Below are positions 50,901-63,300 of a stretch of 64,000 bases of DNA, one piece after another. The stretch spans positions 2,480,001-2,544,000 of the forward strand of contig CM060734.1 of NCBI GenBank assembly GCA_030704615.1, read 5' to 3'. Each line of letters starts with the position of its first letter. Position 1 is the stretch's first letter. Both the position numbers and the translations under genes were made by a program. The notes below the pieces were generated by a model that was not told where the DNA came from, made no database searches, and was given only the letters and a program-made list of their open reading frames with translations. This DNA comes from Takakia lepidozioides. Lineage: Eukaryota > Plantae > Bryophyta.

Positions 50901-53108
50901 GCCACCGTGTCTGCCATTTCCGATCCAATGTCAGGAGCTGGAAGAGAGTGGCTATTGCTAGGAAGGAACTTCAATGCATTGAAACCTCACCTTCTCTTTC
51001 GCCTCCACACATGCCGTTGAGAGGTGATGCAGTTTCTCCAATTGCATGGTCGGCTGCATGGCCCAAATAGTGTTTTGCAATCTCGGGGATGAAGTCCTTT
51101 CCAAGTGCCGGATCTGCAATTGCCACCAGCTTCACAAGCTTTGACTTGTATTTGGTTCTGGACTTGACACCGGCTTCCTTCAAGTGCTCAGTCAATGACT
51201 GCAACGTTTTGACCTGCCCCTCACTTTCCATGAAGAAGCGTTTGGCATGGGCCAAATCCAGCTTGATGTTTGACTGCCAACAAAAACATGCAGAAGCGTT
51301 ACATTCGATTCATGTGGAAACATTACTGAAAATTGGGGAAGGATGAGCAGAGGGAAATTGGAAGACGACTTACTTCGTATATCACCTCCACCATTCCATC
51401 CATAGTGAGACGATACCATGTCCGGTCTGTTTTTGCAACGGCTTTCTGAATGAGCTCGGGCTCCAGCATTTCCGCAAACATCTGCGGATCAGTGAGACCA
51501 GTTTTCCTCACCCTGTACAGCATATGTGCCATGTGGGTATGCACGTATGCATTCTCAGTGACCCTGCAAGGCACACTCTCCAGTTCAGTACACGGAAGCA
51601 CGGAACAAACCAGAATGGAAACCGAAATGCGGCACCGCATTTCGAACGTGCTAGGGAGGGTATGAGTATCTTACGAGTTGAGGTCCGCCATGGCATTCTT
51701 GAGCAGGGAGGAGTCTGCTGCCTTCACCTTCAGGATGACACACTCCACCATGTAATGCCAGCCAATGTGCTTGGCATGGTTCTGCTTGATGTACTCCCAC
51801 CAGGCGAGAAGTCGGTGATTCCCGTCCCACACAAAGAACATTTTACCCGACATATGGCCGAAGTCTGGATCACCCTTCAGCGTCGCCTCGAATTCGTCGT
51901 TGCGAGTGTGCCAGTGGGTATCCCACGTTGACAATTCATCGGCAGTGGGTCCACGAGTTTCGCCGTCCTCATTCTCAATGGAAACGTAAAACGCTGCCGA
52001 TCCCAGACGGTACCCTTCTCGAAATGCGAACTTGAGCTTATCCACATCTCCGGGAAGGGCCTGCCTGACGATGGAAGGGAGACCATGCGACAGAGTGGGA
52101 TTCGAAGAGTCCGCTGGAATACCCTGCTGCCCAGAACTCTGCCAATGCTACTGTGTGTCTCCTCCAACATTTTATCCGCTGCACTTTTGAAATCCTCCGG
52201 AGACATGTCTGTAGGTGCCGGTAGTGGCTGAGCAGCTGGAGCATCCTCAACTGGAGCTGCACTCTGGGGCCTGTCTACAGGCAATTCTGCCATTGCAGAG
52301 GCCTCCTCCGGGCCTGCTTGCTCATCGGTGGTGAGGTCTTGCTGCGAACGTTGAGCGGCAGCACCCTCCTCCGGTACCAAATCGAGATCAACGGTCGATC
52401 CCATTGCCTTCGCTGCAGCAGAGTCGGCCCCAACATCTGCAGGCGGGAAATCCTCCAGGAACTGAGCTTCAGCTCGTGGAAGCGGTTTTGCGGGAGATTG
52501 TTCGCCCGTCGCCCTGATTGCCTTCTGCTTCCTCATCCTTGCAGGTGAAGGTGTCTGCTGCAATTGAATCTGTCTTCTACCCTGCTGCTTCATTCGCGTT
52601 GGGGGGGTGAATCAGCCTGAGCCGGTTCAGAAGCCAGTAGAGGGACGGGCTGCTTCTTCTTCGACTTTGCTGGAGAAGGGCCCGACCCCTGCTGGCGATT
52701 CTCCATGACCGAAGAACGCGAGTCGATCTCTGGGCTTTGAACTTGCCCTTCGAAGACGCGTCTTTGAATCGCACAGGGCTAGGCCCGGCAGGAATACCCG
52801 CGCTCGGGGATCAGGTGGGTGTACGTGCTGCAGCTAGCTCCTCGGACTCTTCCTGCGGCTCTTCGGATTCCTGCGATCCCTCCAGCACGTCCACCTTTCC
52901 TGTTAGGCATGCAAACATGTTCTGCATTCAAGTCTCCTAGCATTCAGTCTAAGAATTACAGAAGCAAAATGGGGGGTTCGGTGCTCAATCAGCTGCGCGC
53001 AGCCCGATCGCATGGAGCTCTCACTGGTGGCTGGGTTGCCTGAGTGGCCTGCTGCTCGGAGATGGCAATCTCCTCCTGTAGACGCATCTGCTTCCTCCCC
53101 TTCGGCAT
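47989..53108 (-). pseudogene. Multi-exon gene: ParB/Srx-like domain plus beta-class N6A/N4C DNA methyltransferase-like domain
   Basis: FFVWDGNHRLLAW (~51800-51835); CDMIILDIPDG (~49464-49495; DPPY-like); RSPAFIQTIMETCTDMEGTVLDLICGTG (~48856-48940), then GAS...DRHLFAYEED. GT-AG introns separate the ORF pieces; a few stops and frameshifts. Confidence 0.7.
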
Positions 53109-53539
53109 TGGCCTACGTCCGAAGTATAATTTTCGGAGCTTGCGACGAGGTCTCCTGTCTGGTGCACGAACTCCCCCCCTCTCAGGTTCGAGCATAAGAA
53201 GAACAGAGAGAGGGAAAAAGGGGCAAAGAGTGCAGATGGAAAGGGCGCGAGAGGGGTGACTGAGGAGACACGACAAAAGTAGATGAAACGGCGGTGATGC
53301 ACCACTTGGGTTCGAAAGGGTTACAGAAAGTGTCTCCTCGTGGAGTTTGCGTCATTACGAAATTCGAATCGTTCAGGGTACGCCTGCCGTCCGAAAAACA
53401 AACATCATTATCCAACGGTCAGGCCGCGCCGCCTCATGCCCTTCAGTCAGATAGAGTGCCGACATGTGCAGCAATTCCGTTGCTCCACGTGTTCACATTT
53501 CAAGGCATTTCCGTCCCAGCGTCTGATCAGTTGGAGCGA

Positions 53540-55090
53540 AAATGCGAATGCGGCGCCGCATTTCCGTTAAGTACCATCACGAAGCTACACATCCGTACTT
53601 GTTGGAAGAAAATGCGGCACCGCATTTCCGTTCCACCTTCACATACCTTAGTTGTTGAACGGAAATACGGTGCCGCATCTCCGTCCCACAGCTCCATGTA
53701 TGAGATTCAAAAGGGAAATGCGGCGCCGCATTTCCGTTCTGGAATGTCGAAAGGTGCGATTCGGACGGGAATGAGGCACAACATTTCAGTTCCCGTGGTT
53801 CATGATTTTCAATGTGAACGGAAATGCGGTACCGCATTTCCGTTCGGGAAAGTATAGAGGTCTCACCTGGACAGAAATGCGGTGCCGCATTTCCGGTCTC
53901 GAAAGTTTGAAGGTCTCACATGGATGGAAATGCGCCAACACATTTCCGTAGCACAACTCCAAGCCCCATATAGAAAACGGAAATGCGGCGCCGCATTTCC
54001 GTTCTAGAATGTCGGAAGGTGCGACTCGGACGGAAATGCGGTGCCGCATTTCTGTTCCCGTTGCGCACGATTTTCAGTCAGAACGGAAATGCGGTACCGC
54101 ATTTCCGTTCTGTAGAGTATTAACGTCTGACGCTGGCGGAAATGCTGTGCCGCATTTTCGTTCCACAGCTCCATGCCTCACATACAAAACGGAAATGCGG
54201 CGCCGCATTTCCGTTTTGGAATGTCGGAAGGTGCGACTCCGACGGAACTGCGGTACCGCATTTCAGTTCCGATGTTTCAGGATATTTCATCAGAACGGAA
54301 ATGCGGTGCCGCATTTCCCTTTTGAATCTAATACATTCCGTTCTGGAATGTTGGGAGGTGCGACTCGGATGGAAATGCGTTGCCGCATTTCAGTTCCGAT
54401 GGTTCACGATTTTCAGTCAGAATGGAAATGCGGTACCGCATTTCCGTTCTGGAATGTTGGTAGGTGCGACTCGGATGGAAATACGCTGCCACATTTCAGT
54501 TCAGATGGTTCACGATTTTCAGTCAGAACGGAAATGCGGTACCGCATTTCCGTTCTGGATAGTATGAATGTCTCAAGCGGTCGGAATTGCGCTGTATGAA
54601 GCTGTCGGAATCGCACTCGGCTCCATGCATCAGATACAAAATGGAAATGCGGCGCCGCATTTCCGTTCTGGAATGTCGGAACGTGCGACTCGGACAGAAA
54701 TGCGGTGCCGCATTTATGTTCCCGTTGTTCATAATTCTCAATCAGAACGGAAATGCGGTACCGCATTTCCGTTATGGAGAGTATGAATGTCTTTTAAGGA
54801 CGGAAATGTGCTGCAGCATTTCTATCCCTCAGCTCCATGCATCAGATACAAAATGGAAATGCGGCGCCGCATTTCCGTTCTGGAATGTCGGAAAAGTGCG
54901 ACTCGGACGGAAATGCGGTGCCGCATTTCTGTTCCCGTTGTTCATAAATCTCAATCAGAACGGAAATGCGGTACCGCATTTCCGTTCCACCTTCACATAC
55001 CGTGCTTGCTGGATGGAAATGCGTTACCGCATTTCCGTTCTGGAGAGTATAAAGGTTTCCCCGGACGGAAACTCGGTGCCGCATTTCCGT
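53540..55090. repeat. 22-bp palindrome array with 53-bp period
   Basis: GGAAATGCGGYRCCGCATTTCC at 53661, 53714, 53820, 53873, 53926, 53979, 54032, 54085, 54138, 54191, 54244, 54297 and onward; roughly 28 copies. Confidence 0.95.
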
Positions 55091-55517
55091 CCACCAGCAA
55101 TCGAAAGAATCACTCGGGACGGGAAATCTGGAACCTCAATGGGTTGCATTGTTCCGAGACAACACAGTTGCGGCCAGTCTTGATGAGCACAACTTGGTTG
55201 TCTGACCGTTTTAACTAACAGTACTGGCACTTGTCAGTGCGAACGTTCCTGTCTGCACCGAGAATACTGCTGGATCCACCCTCAGGAGAAACTGTTATGA
55301 GATGTTATTTCATCGCCGAATCGACCATCATTGTCATACTTACTGGCTATGGAATCAAACCTCCCAACTTCATGCATGTAGCTTGAAACAATACTTTCCA
55401 CTTCAATGTGCGACTTCCAATCGTCGATGGACTCCGCAAATCCACTTAGATGGTGCCTGTGAGACTTGGTCTGTCGCTATACTGAACCTCGCACTTGCCA
55501 ACTCCGTGCGATGTTCG

Positions 55518-56390
55518 ATGGCTCCGAATTCCTACGCTATAGTTTGCTGTCCTCCGCAACTTGGGAGAGCCTGGATCCCAAATGAGGGAGGACTTTGCAG
55601 AGTGACTGAAACTTACCTTTGTTCCAAATTCAAGCTCAAACCGGGCACAGTTTATTTGGAAGAAGAAAGGAAGGATGTTCCTGGACAGGTTGACGAGACC
55701 ATTGTCGTGCTAGGTAACGACGGAGGTTGCGGAATCGAATGGCACGTTCCCCCGTCAGACACCATCCTGTACCGAGCTGTGGGAATGCCCATTCCCTTTC
55801 CGAATCAGTCGCTGCCCACACCATCCACAAAGGAGTCCGGAAACCGAGAGGCGGCCACTGCCAACAGAGAGGTATGCAACGATAATCATTCCCGACCTGG
55901 ACCATCAAGACCCTCCATAGCTTCTCGTGTGGACGTATTCGACATTTCCGACGAGGAAGATGATTGCATTGAGGTACCCATGTCCTCCACACGGTCGTTC
56001 AAATCCGGCATGGACGTCTCTGTCGGTGCTACGAATGTGCCCTCGAGCATAACTCCAACCCGGTCCATTGTGCAGCTCCTACGACAACATCACCTCGATG
56101 GTTCTCGCTCCGAGCTGGCTGCTCTCGACTATGCCAAATTTCCAGTCAGAAAGGTAACTTTTCTGCCTCCCGAAGTCGATGGCAATGTCATCTTCGAGTT
56201 TCCACCTGTTTCTTCGTCAAAGAAAGCCTCCGGGATGTTAACAGACATGGATCGAAAGCATGACGGACACCCCTGGTGTGTGACGAAGACCAGTAGCATG
56301 AAAATTGCTGATGGTGTTCGTGTACGATATGTCCTCTGTGCGGGGAAGCTGAGGTGCCTCAATCCCACCTGCTTCCACTTTCTTACATAG
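55518..56390 (+). pseudogene. MULE transposase 5' part (start of WRKY/GCM-like domain), truncated
   Basis: KHDGHPW...CAGKLRCLNPTC; plausibly continues into CAHCKEPPTCMSMC...HVGVHCHP at 22745-22620 (minus strand). Confidence 0.65.
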
Positions 56391-56672
56391 ACCAGTCACA
56401 GCCCGTCACAGTCACACAGCCAGTCACAGCTTAACACAGCCCGACACAGTCGCACAGCCAGTCACACCTTAACACAGCCGACACAGCTCGACACAGTCGC
56501 ACAGTCAGTCACAGCTTAACACAGCCGACACAGCCCGACACAGCTCGACACAGTCCAACACAGCCCGTCACAGCCCGACACAGCCGCCACAGCTTCGCAC
56601 AACCCTACACAGCCCGACACAACCAGTCATAGCCCGCCATAGCCTGATACAGCCAGTCACAGCTCGGCACAA
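56391..56672 (+). repeat. CACAGC-based minisatellite
   Basis: ACACAGCC/TCACAGC variants; the motif reappears at ~63980. Confidence 0.85.
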
Positions 56673-57249
56673 CAAGGGAACAGTTACCATTGGTAGGGAA
56701 CGACTGTGGGGGAACGACATCTGAAAAAGGAACGTGTACTACAGAGATAACGGTTAGTTAGGAAAGCGGTTAGAATGGCTAGTAAAGAGATAAAGCGGGA
56801 AGCGGGGACATCGGAGGGGATCACTTCTGGGGGAAGTGGATCACTTCTGGAAGGACTTTGGGGGGGGGATCACAACTTGGAAATGAAGCGGAGAGCGCAT
56901 CTCTGAGCAGAAAGAGGGAGAGCACGGAGTAGGAGGAGAACGATCTGTTGATACTTGCTGAATGCAAGAAGTAGAGTTGTAATGTAGAGCAAAATAGAGA
57001 CACCATGGCTTCAGCCTGATACTTGATAGATATTAATCTGATACATACTTCATACTCACACTGTGTAGAGAGACCTGAGTGAAGCTGTGGAATGAATGGA
57101 TGGAACTTGATAGATTTCTGAAGCAAACTGATACTTAATTACAGATAGTAACGTAATTCGCTAACATGAATGCGGGAACCCAACTCTTCTATCTTGGAGT
57201 TCCCACCTCGGATAGCGAAGGGATGGGTGAGTAAAAGCCGCGCGACATT

Positions 57250-57267
57250 TGGCGACCATACTGGGGA
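57250..57267 (+). promoter_or_regulatory. Primer binding site (tRNA-Arg-like)
   Basis: TGGCGACCATACTGGGGA, 2 nt after the LTR-terminal CA. Confidence 0.7.
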
Positions 57268-57856
57268 ACTGGGTCATGAACAACCAGATGTGACAGGCAT
57301 CTGGTGGGATCATGGTGGATGGAGAATTAAAGAATTTGATGTGAATCAAATTCCCTGTGAAACTGAGAAGGAAAGATTGTCCAAACGATTCTTTCAGAGG
57401 TTCTTGGAATTGCCAGACGGTTGTAAAGAAAACATTCTTAAGAGAGTGCATGATGCTGACCCTGAGTGGGGTCTGGAGAAAGGAGTGATAAAGATTTATC
57501 AGGTGGCCTGTAGAGGAAGAGTACGTTGGTTACCAACACTGGTTTATGTGATAGCATTGCTATCCATTAAGCGAGTAGAGTTTGAAGGCTGGGAGGAAAG
57601 AAAGGTGAATGTTTATACTCATATGCATGAAGAGCTTGTACTGGTAAAGAATTGGATTCCAAAGGATATTTTGTGGATCAAACTCACACCAAGAACAGCT
57701 TTCCAGACTTGTTTGCCATATGGTTATATGGTAACGGAGACTTCTAGTATAGCCAAGGGTGCATTGAAGATTGAAAGAAACCCAGGCATATACAAGAGAT
57801 ATTACAGAAGAGAGTTTTGGTTATTGCCACATTAAAAGAAATGAAAGACATGGGAC

Positions 57857-59799
57857 ATGAGTGATGAAAGAGAAGCTAGACGCCAGAGATATTCAGCAAA
57901 AAGAGAAAGCTATCTGAAAGCTAATTATCCATATCTTTGGGAGAGAGGAATAGACATAGGGGAATCATCTGGACCTCTCACACCATTAAGATCAGAGAGT
58001 ACATCACCCATACCGGAAGAACTAGAGTTGGATGCCACTCCTTCTTTTTCTTTGCAAGAAAGATTAAGGGAATTGGTATGGGAAGAAGATCAATCACGAG
58101 GTGAAAGATCTGAGGTACATCCCTGGATAAAAGATTTGACAGAAATCTTTGATAAGAGTTGGCATGGAACACCAAAAGCAGGAACTCCAGTTTCTGAAGC
58201 GGAAGGTGAAGAAGGAGGAGAGGATGTGGCAGAGCCAACGGAGAGTTCAGACTCTCCAACACCATTGCAGTTGAGTTACATGAGTGAAGAAGAAACCCAA
58301 GGGCAGAACTTGGAGGATGAAAATAGAGAGAATAAATTGGAAGAGGAAGAGTATGAAGAAGTAGACCCAACAGCTGAGGTTGAGACTACAACCAGGACAT
58401 CCCAACCCGTTGGACCTGGATCAAGTGGAGCACTTGGATCACATACCAACGAAGGTGTCGGCTCAGGGGGATCAGGCGGGCTGCCTGGATCTGGCCCTGG
58501 GGGACAGGGAGTGTGGGAAGTAGTGCAACTGGAGCTGGGAATACTGTGAATATCGTGGGGCCAGTAGCAGGGAGTGCTCAAGGGCCACCACTTGGTGGAA
58601 GATCCACCACAACAACAACAGGTCCTGAAGGACCAACACCAGCAAGGGTGCCAGCACCTGTCAGTGGGCAGAAGGTAGGGCCACAGATGGCGTTACAACC
58701 ACGGGCAAAACCACCTCTTCCAATATATTCAGGAAAAGGGGATCCCGATGTACACATTAGCCAATTTGAGCACATGTGTATAGTGAACAATGAGAATGGC
58801 GATGATGCCAAGATGAGATTGTTTCCTTGTTCACTTATCAAGAAAGCAAGTGAATGGTATGCAAGATTCCCTGATAATCATTTCCTAACCTGGAATGGCT
58901 TGAATACAACATTCCGAAATAGGTTCAGGACAAGTAAAACTGAGGATGAAGTGTATGGAAGTTTACAACAGTTAAAGCAAAATAAGCATGAAACTGTTGA
59001 GGAGTATATGGAAAAGATGGAATTGATGATGAAAAAGCTGGCTGCTGTACCAGCACCAAGTTTACAGAAGACTTGGTTTGTGAGTGGACTAAGACCAGAG
59101 TTGCAAAAGAAAGTGGATATGTTACCCCATAATACAGTGGAGGAGGCATTTGAAACTGCAAATAGAATTGAGCAATTGGGAATGCTCAAGAGAGAGAAAA
59201 GGGATGATGAGGACTCTGAGGATGAGTCAGATGAAGAAGAAGAGCAAGAACTAAAAATGAAGAGTAAGAGAAAGGAGAAGTTGAAGAGGGATAACTATGA
59301 GAAAAGATTAGAAGAAATCTTGAAGAAGTATGCCACAGAGGCTGCAACACATTGGAGGAAGGGTGTTTGGTGTGCAAAGTGCTAGAATGAAGGCCATACC
59401 ACCACTGAATGCCACATGAAGGAGAAACACTGTACTATCTGTAAAATGGATAACCATTCTACTGAGAATTGTTACTACAACAGAAGGACAGCTGTAAGAG
59501 AACCTAGGCAAGTAAGGGTGCATCAAGTGCAGCCCCAGCCAAGAAGAAACAATGACCAGGACCACTATGGTAGGCCTAGTGGTTATAACAATGGCATAGA
59601 AGGGAGAGGTAGTTCAAGAGGGAATTACCAAGGAAATTCCAGAGGCAACTATCAGGGTAATCCAAGGGGGAATTACCAGCCAGGGAATCAGGATTACAGA
59701 AATAATCCAAGAGCAGACCAAGGGCGAGGACCCAATGGTGAAGAACTGTGTTACTATTGTAATCAGCCAGGACATCGCAAGGCAGCCTGTTCATTCTAG
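57857..59799 (+). pseudogene. Gag (acidic N-terminus, retrotransposon gag domain, zinc knuckles)
   Basis: YSGKGDPDVHI...FPCSL...WY...LKQ..ETVEEY; CYYCNQPGHRKAAC. Confidence 0.88.
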
Positions 59800-60339
59800 A
59801 TTAGACACCAGAATGAGATGAGAGCTCCTGTGAATGAGGGCCCAGTGGTGGCAGCTCACATGGTTAGGCCATGTATTGTACCAGAAGTTAGTACAATGAT
59901 AGTAACAAGAAGCAAAGCCAAACTAATACCTCCAGTAGTTGAGGAAGATGATGATAATGAAGGTGGCAGTGATATGCCTGAAGATGATGAGGCTTGGAGA
60001 GATGAGAAGGAACTGCACAAGGAAGTGGCAGATACCATAAGGGAAATGCAGAAGAGTACTGATATTCTTGTGGCAGATTCCTCTGATTCTGATGGAGAAG
60101 AAGAAGTGAGTGAGGATGAAAGGAAGAAAGAAGCTGCAGACATGCAAAGTAATGAAGGGACTTTGGCTGAAGTAATATGCCAGACCAAAGCAGAGATTAC
60201 CATTGGACAGCTATTGGCTGTGGCACCTTATTGTAGACACAGGCTGTATCAAGCAATCAATCGAATTGCCCAGGAGACAGGAAGCACACAGACCTGAACA
60301 ACAAGGTGACCAGTTATAATGTGAAGCCGGAAGGGCGAG

Positions 60340-63300
60340 AAACAGTCATGGACTTTGATGATTCTATGCCAGTAATCCAATTGAGAATTGGAAGCACAGA
60401 ACTAACTGATGTACTGATAGATGGAGGCTCTGGAGTAAATATCATGACAGACCAATTAAGAAGAAGCTTGGTCTAAGTAACATGAAACCAGCCCCATTTA
60501 TAGTAACAATGGCAGATCAAAGGAGTGTACAGCCATTGGGATTGATAAGAGGAGTTAAGATACAGATACAAAAGATGATCTTTATGATCACAGTAACTGT
60601 GTTGAAGATGGATGAAGTCATGGAGGCTTACTCCTTATTATTGGGACGTCCGTGGCTGAAACAGGCCAGGGTATTCCATGACTGGAATTCTCAGTTACTA
60701 ACTGTGCATAATGGGATGCACGAGATACAAATTACCACAAAGAAATCTAGTAGATTACCTGCTACGAGAAGACCTCGAGGGGTCAGAGAGTATGACTGGA
60801 GAGGAGGACTGGATGAGGAGCAGGAAGCTACCCTGTTTGCTGCACACCCAGAGTGGGAGCAGGTTGCAGAGATGCGGCTGGAAGGCCTAAGTTGTTTAAG
60901 AGGTATCTGCTGTGGTGTAGTGTCAGCAACACCAATTGAAGAGGAAACCAGCAGTTACCCATCACATTTCTATGAAGAAAGAGAAGGAGAAATGGAAATC
61001 CTAGAGGAACCAGCCACTGTGAGTTTACAGGATGAAGTGGTGACTGGTTGGACAATCACAGCTGATGAGCAGGTGAGGGAAGTGAATGTGGGAACTGAAG
61101 AGGAACCGAGGATGGTGAAGGTAGGAGCTGAATTGGAGCCACTTTGAAGAAGCTAAGAGTTTGTTCATCAAATACAGAGATGTATTTGCTTGGAGCTATG
61201 AGGATCTAAAATGGATACCACCTGAAATCTGTCAGCATAAGATTGAACTGGAACCAGGATCAGTACCAATCAAGCAGGCAAGGTACAGAATGAATCCCAA
61301 CTATGCACAGAAGGTTGGAGAAGAGATCAAGAAGTTGGCTGAGGCTAAGTTTATATACCCAATAGAGTATACAACTTGGTTGTCACCCATTGTGATAGTT
61401 CCCAAGAAGAATGGTAAGAGTTTGTGTGAACTACAAGAAGCTGAATGCTTGTACGAAGAAAGATCCTTTCCCTTTGCCATTCACAGAAGCAGTATTGGAC
61501 ACTGTGGCAGGCCATGAGATGTACTCATTCATGGATGGCTTCAGTGGTTATAATCAAGTGCAAGTGGCAGAAGAAGACCAGGGAAAGACAGCTTTCATCA
61601 CAGACTGGGGTGCTTATGCATACAAAGTCATGCCCTTTGGACTTTGTAATGCACCAGCAACCTTTCAGAGAGTGATAAGTGAATATTTTCATGAGTATCT
61701 GGATGATTTCATGCAGGTTTCTTGGATGATTTCAGTGTGTACAGCTCTAAGAATGAGCACTTGCATAAATTGAAGTTATGTCTGGCCAGATGCAGGATGA
61801 GAGGTCTGGGCCTGAATCCAGAAAAGTGTACTTTCTGTGTGAACTCAGGGGTGCTTCTGGACACATTGTGTGTAAGAGGGGACTTCTTGTGGATCCCAGG
61901 AAAACAGAGGCCATTAAAGCCTCTCCACCACCAGTGAATGTTAAGAGTCTAAGGAGATTCCTTGGGCAAACCAGTTATTACAGAAGATTTGTCAGACGGT
62001 ATGCACAGATAGCAGCACCATTGAGCAAACTTCTGAAGAAAGATGCAGTGTTTACATGGACACCTGAATGTCAACAGGCTTTTGAGGAATTTACATTGTC
62101 AGTAACAACTACACTTGTGCTGATTAATCCTCACTGGCAGGAAATATTTCATGTTCACTGTGATGCTTCTGGAGAAGCACTAGGAGCAGTGTTAGCCCAA
62201 AATGTTACAGGAAGGATAGATTCACCTGTGTACTATGCTAGCCGATTGATGAACAATGCCGAAAGAAATTATAGCACAACGGAAAGAGAAGCATTGGCAA
62301 TGATCTATGCAGTGAAGAAATTCAGGCATTACCTGTTGGGCAAGAAGTTTATGTTCTATGTGGATCACCAGGCTCTGATATACCTGGTAAACAAACCTCT
62401 GATAAGCGGAAGAATAGCAAGATGGTTGATAATCTTGCACGAGTTTGAGTTTGAGGTTGTTTACAAGCCTAGGAGGCTGCATCTTGTGGCGGATCACTTG
62501 TCACGGTTATCAACAAGAGAACCAGCCACGGGAGTAGATGATCAATTACCAGATGCGAGTCTATTTGCAGTGGAGGTGCAGGGAAGTGCAGATGACTGGT
62601 TAGATTGGCAGTGGCCAATCAGATACTACCTTGCTCATGGTCAGTGCCCACCAAGTTATGGAAAGGAGCAGAGAAAGAGAATTGCTATCAAGGCTCTACC
62701 TTACACTATGGTAGGGAGCAGAATGTATAAGCTAGGACCAGATGGAGTGCTGAAGCGATGCTTATACCACCATGAAGTTAATAAAGTTTTGGAGGAAGTT
62801 CATAAAGGAGTGGCAGGAGGTCATTTTGGAGAAGAGACTACCAGTAGGAAGATACTACATGCAGGTTACTGGTGGCCTACTTTGTTCAAATATGTACACA
62901 AGTATTGTCAGAGTTGTGATGAATGTCAGAGGCTAGGACCTTTGCAGAGATCTGGGAAGATGGCTTTGCATCCTACAATGCCTACGGAACCATTTCAGAA
63001 ATGGGGACTAGACTTTGTTGGACCAATTAACCCACCAGCCAAGAATACACAGAACAGGTACATAATTACAGCCACTGATTATACTACGAAGTGGGTGGAA
63101 GCTAAAGCTTTGAGGGACAACACAGCCAAGTCCACAGCAAGGTTCCTGTATGAGAACATACTTACACAATTTGGCTGTCCCTTGGAATTTATCAGTGATC
63201 AGGGAAGTCACTTCATTAATGAGACCATTGAATTATTGACTAAAGAGTTCATGATTGTGCATAGGAAGAGTACAACATATTACCCACAGGGTAATGGGCA

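Larger units (their letters stand above)
44724..56390 (+). mobile_element. MULE terminal half A with cargo genes
   Basis: Terminus GGGGGCTGCTATTTCATGAGC plus CATGAGC repeats matches 19235; same TSD and same internal palindrome. Confidence 0.85.

Noticed and set aside
53540-55090. True CRISPR array
   Set aside because: Spacers recur as homologous classes, there are no cas genes, the context is a eukaryotic intron-containing transposon, and the repeat is also dispersed singly.
53294-55218. ORFs with repeated EMRRRIS / KCGAAFP / GNAAPHF peptides (also 47070-47981)
   Set aside because: They are translations of the palindrome in all six frames, not proteins.
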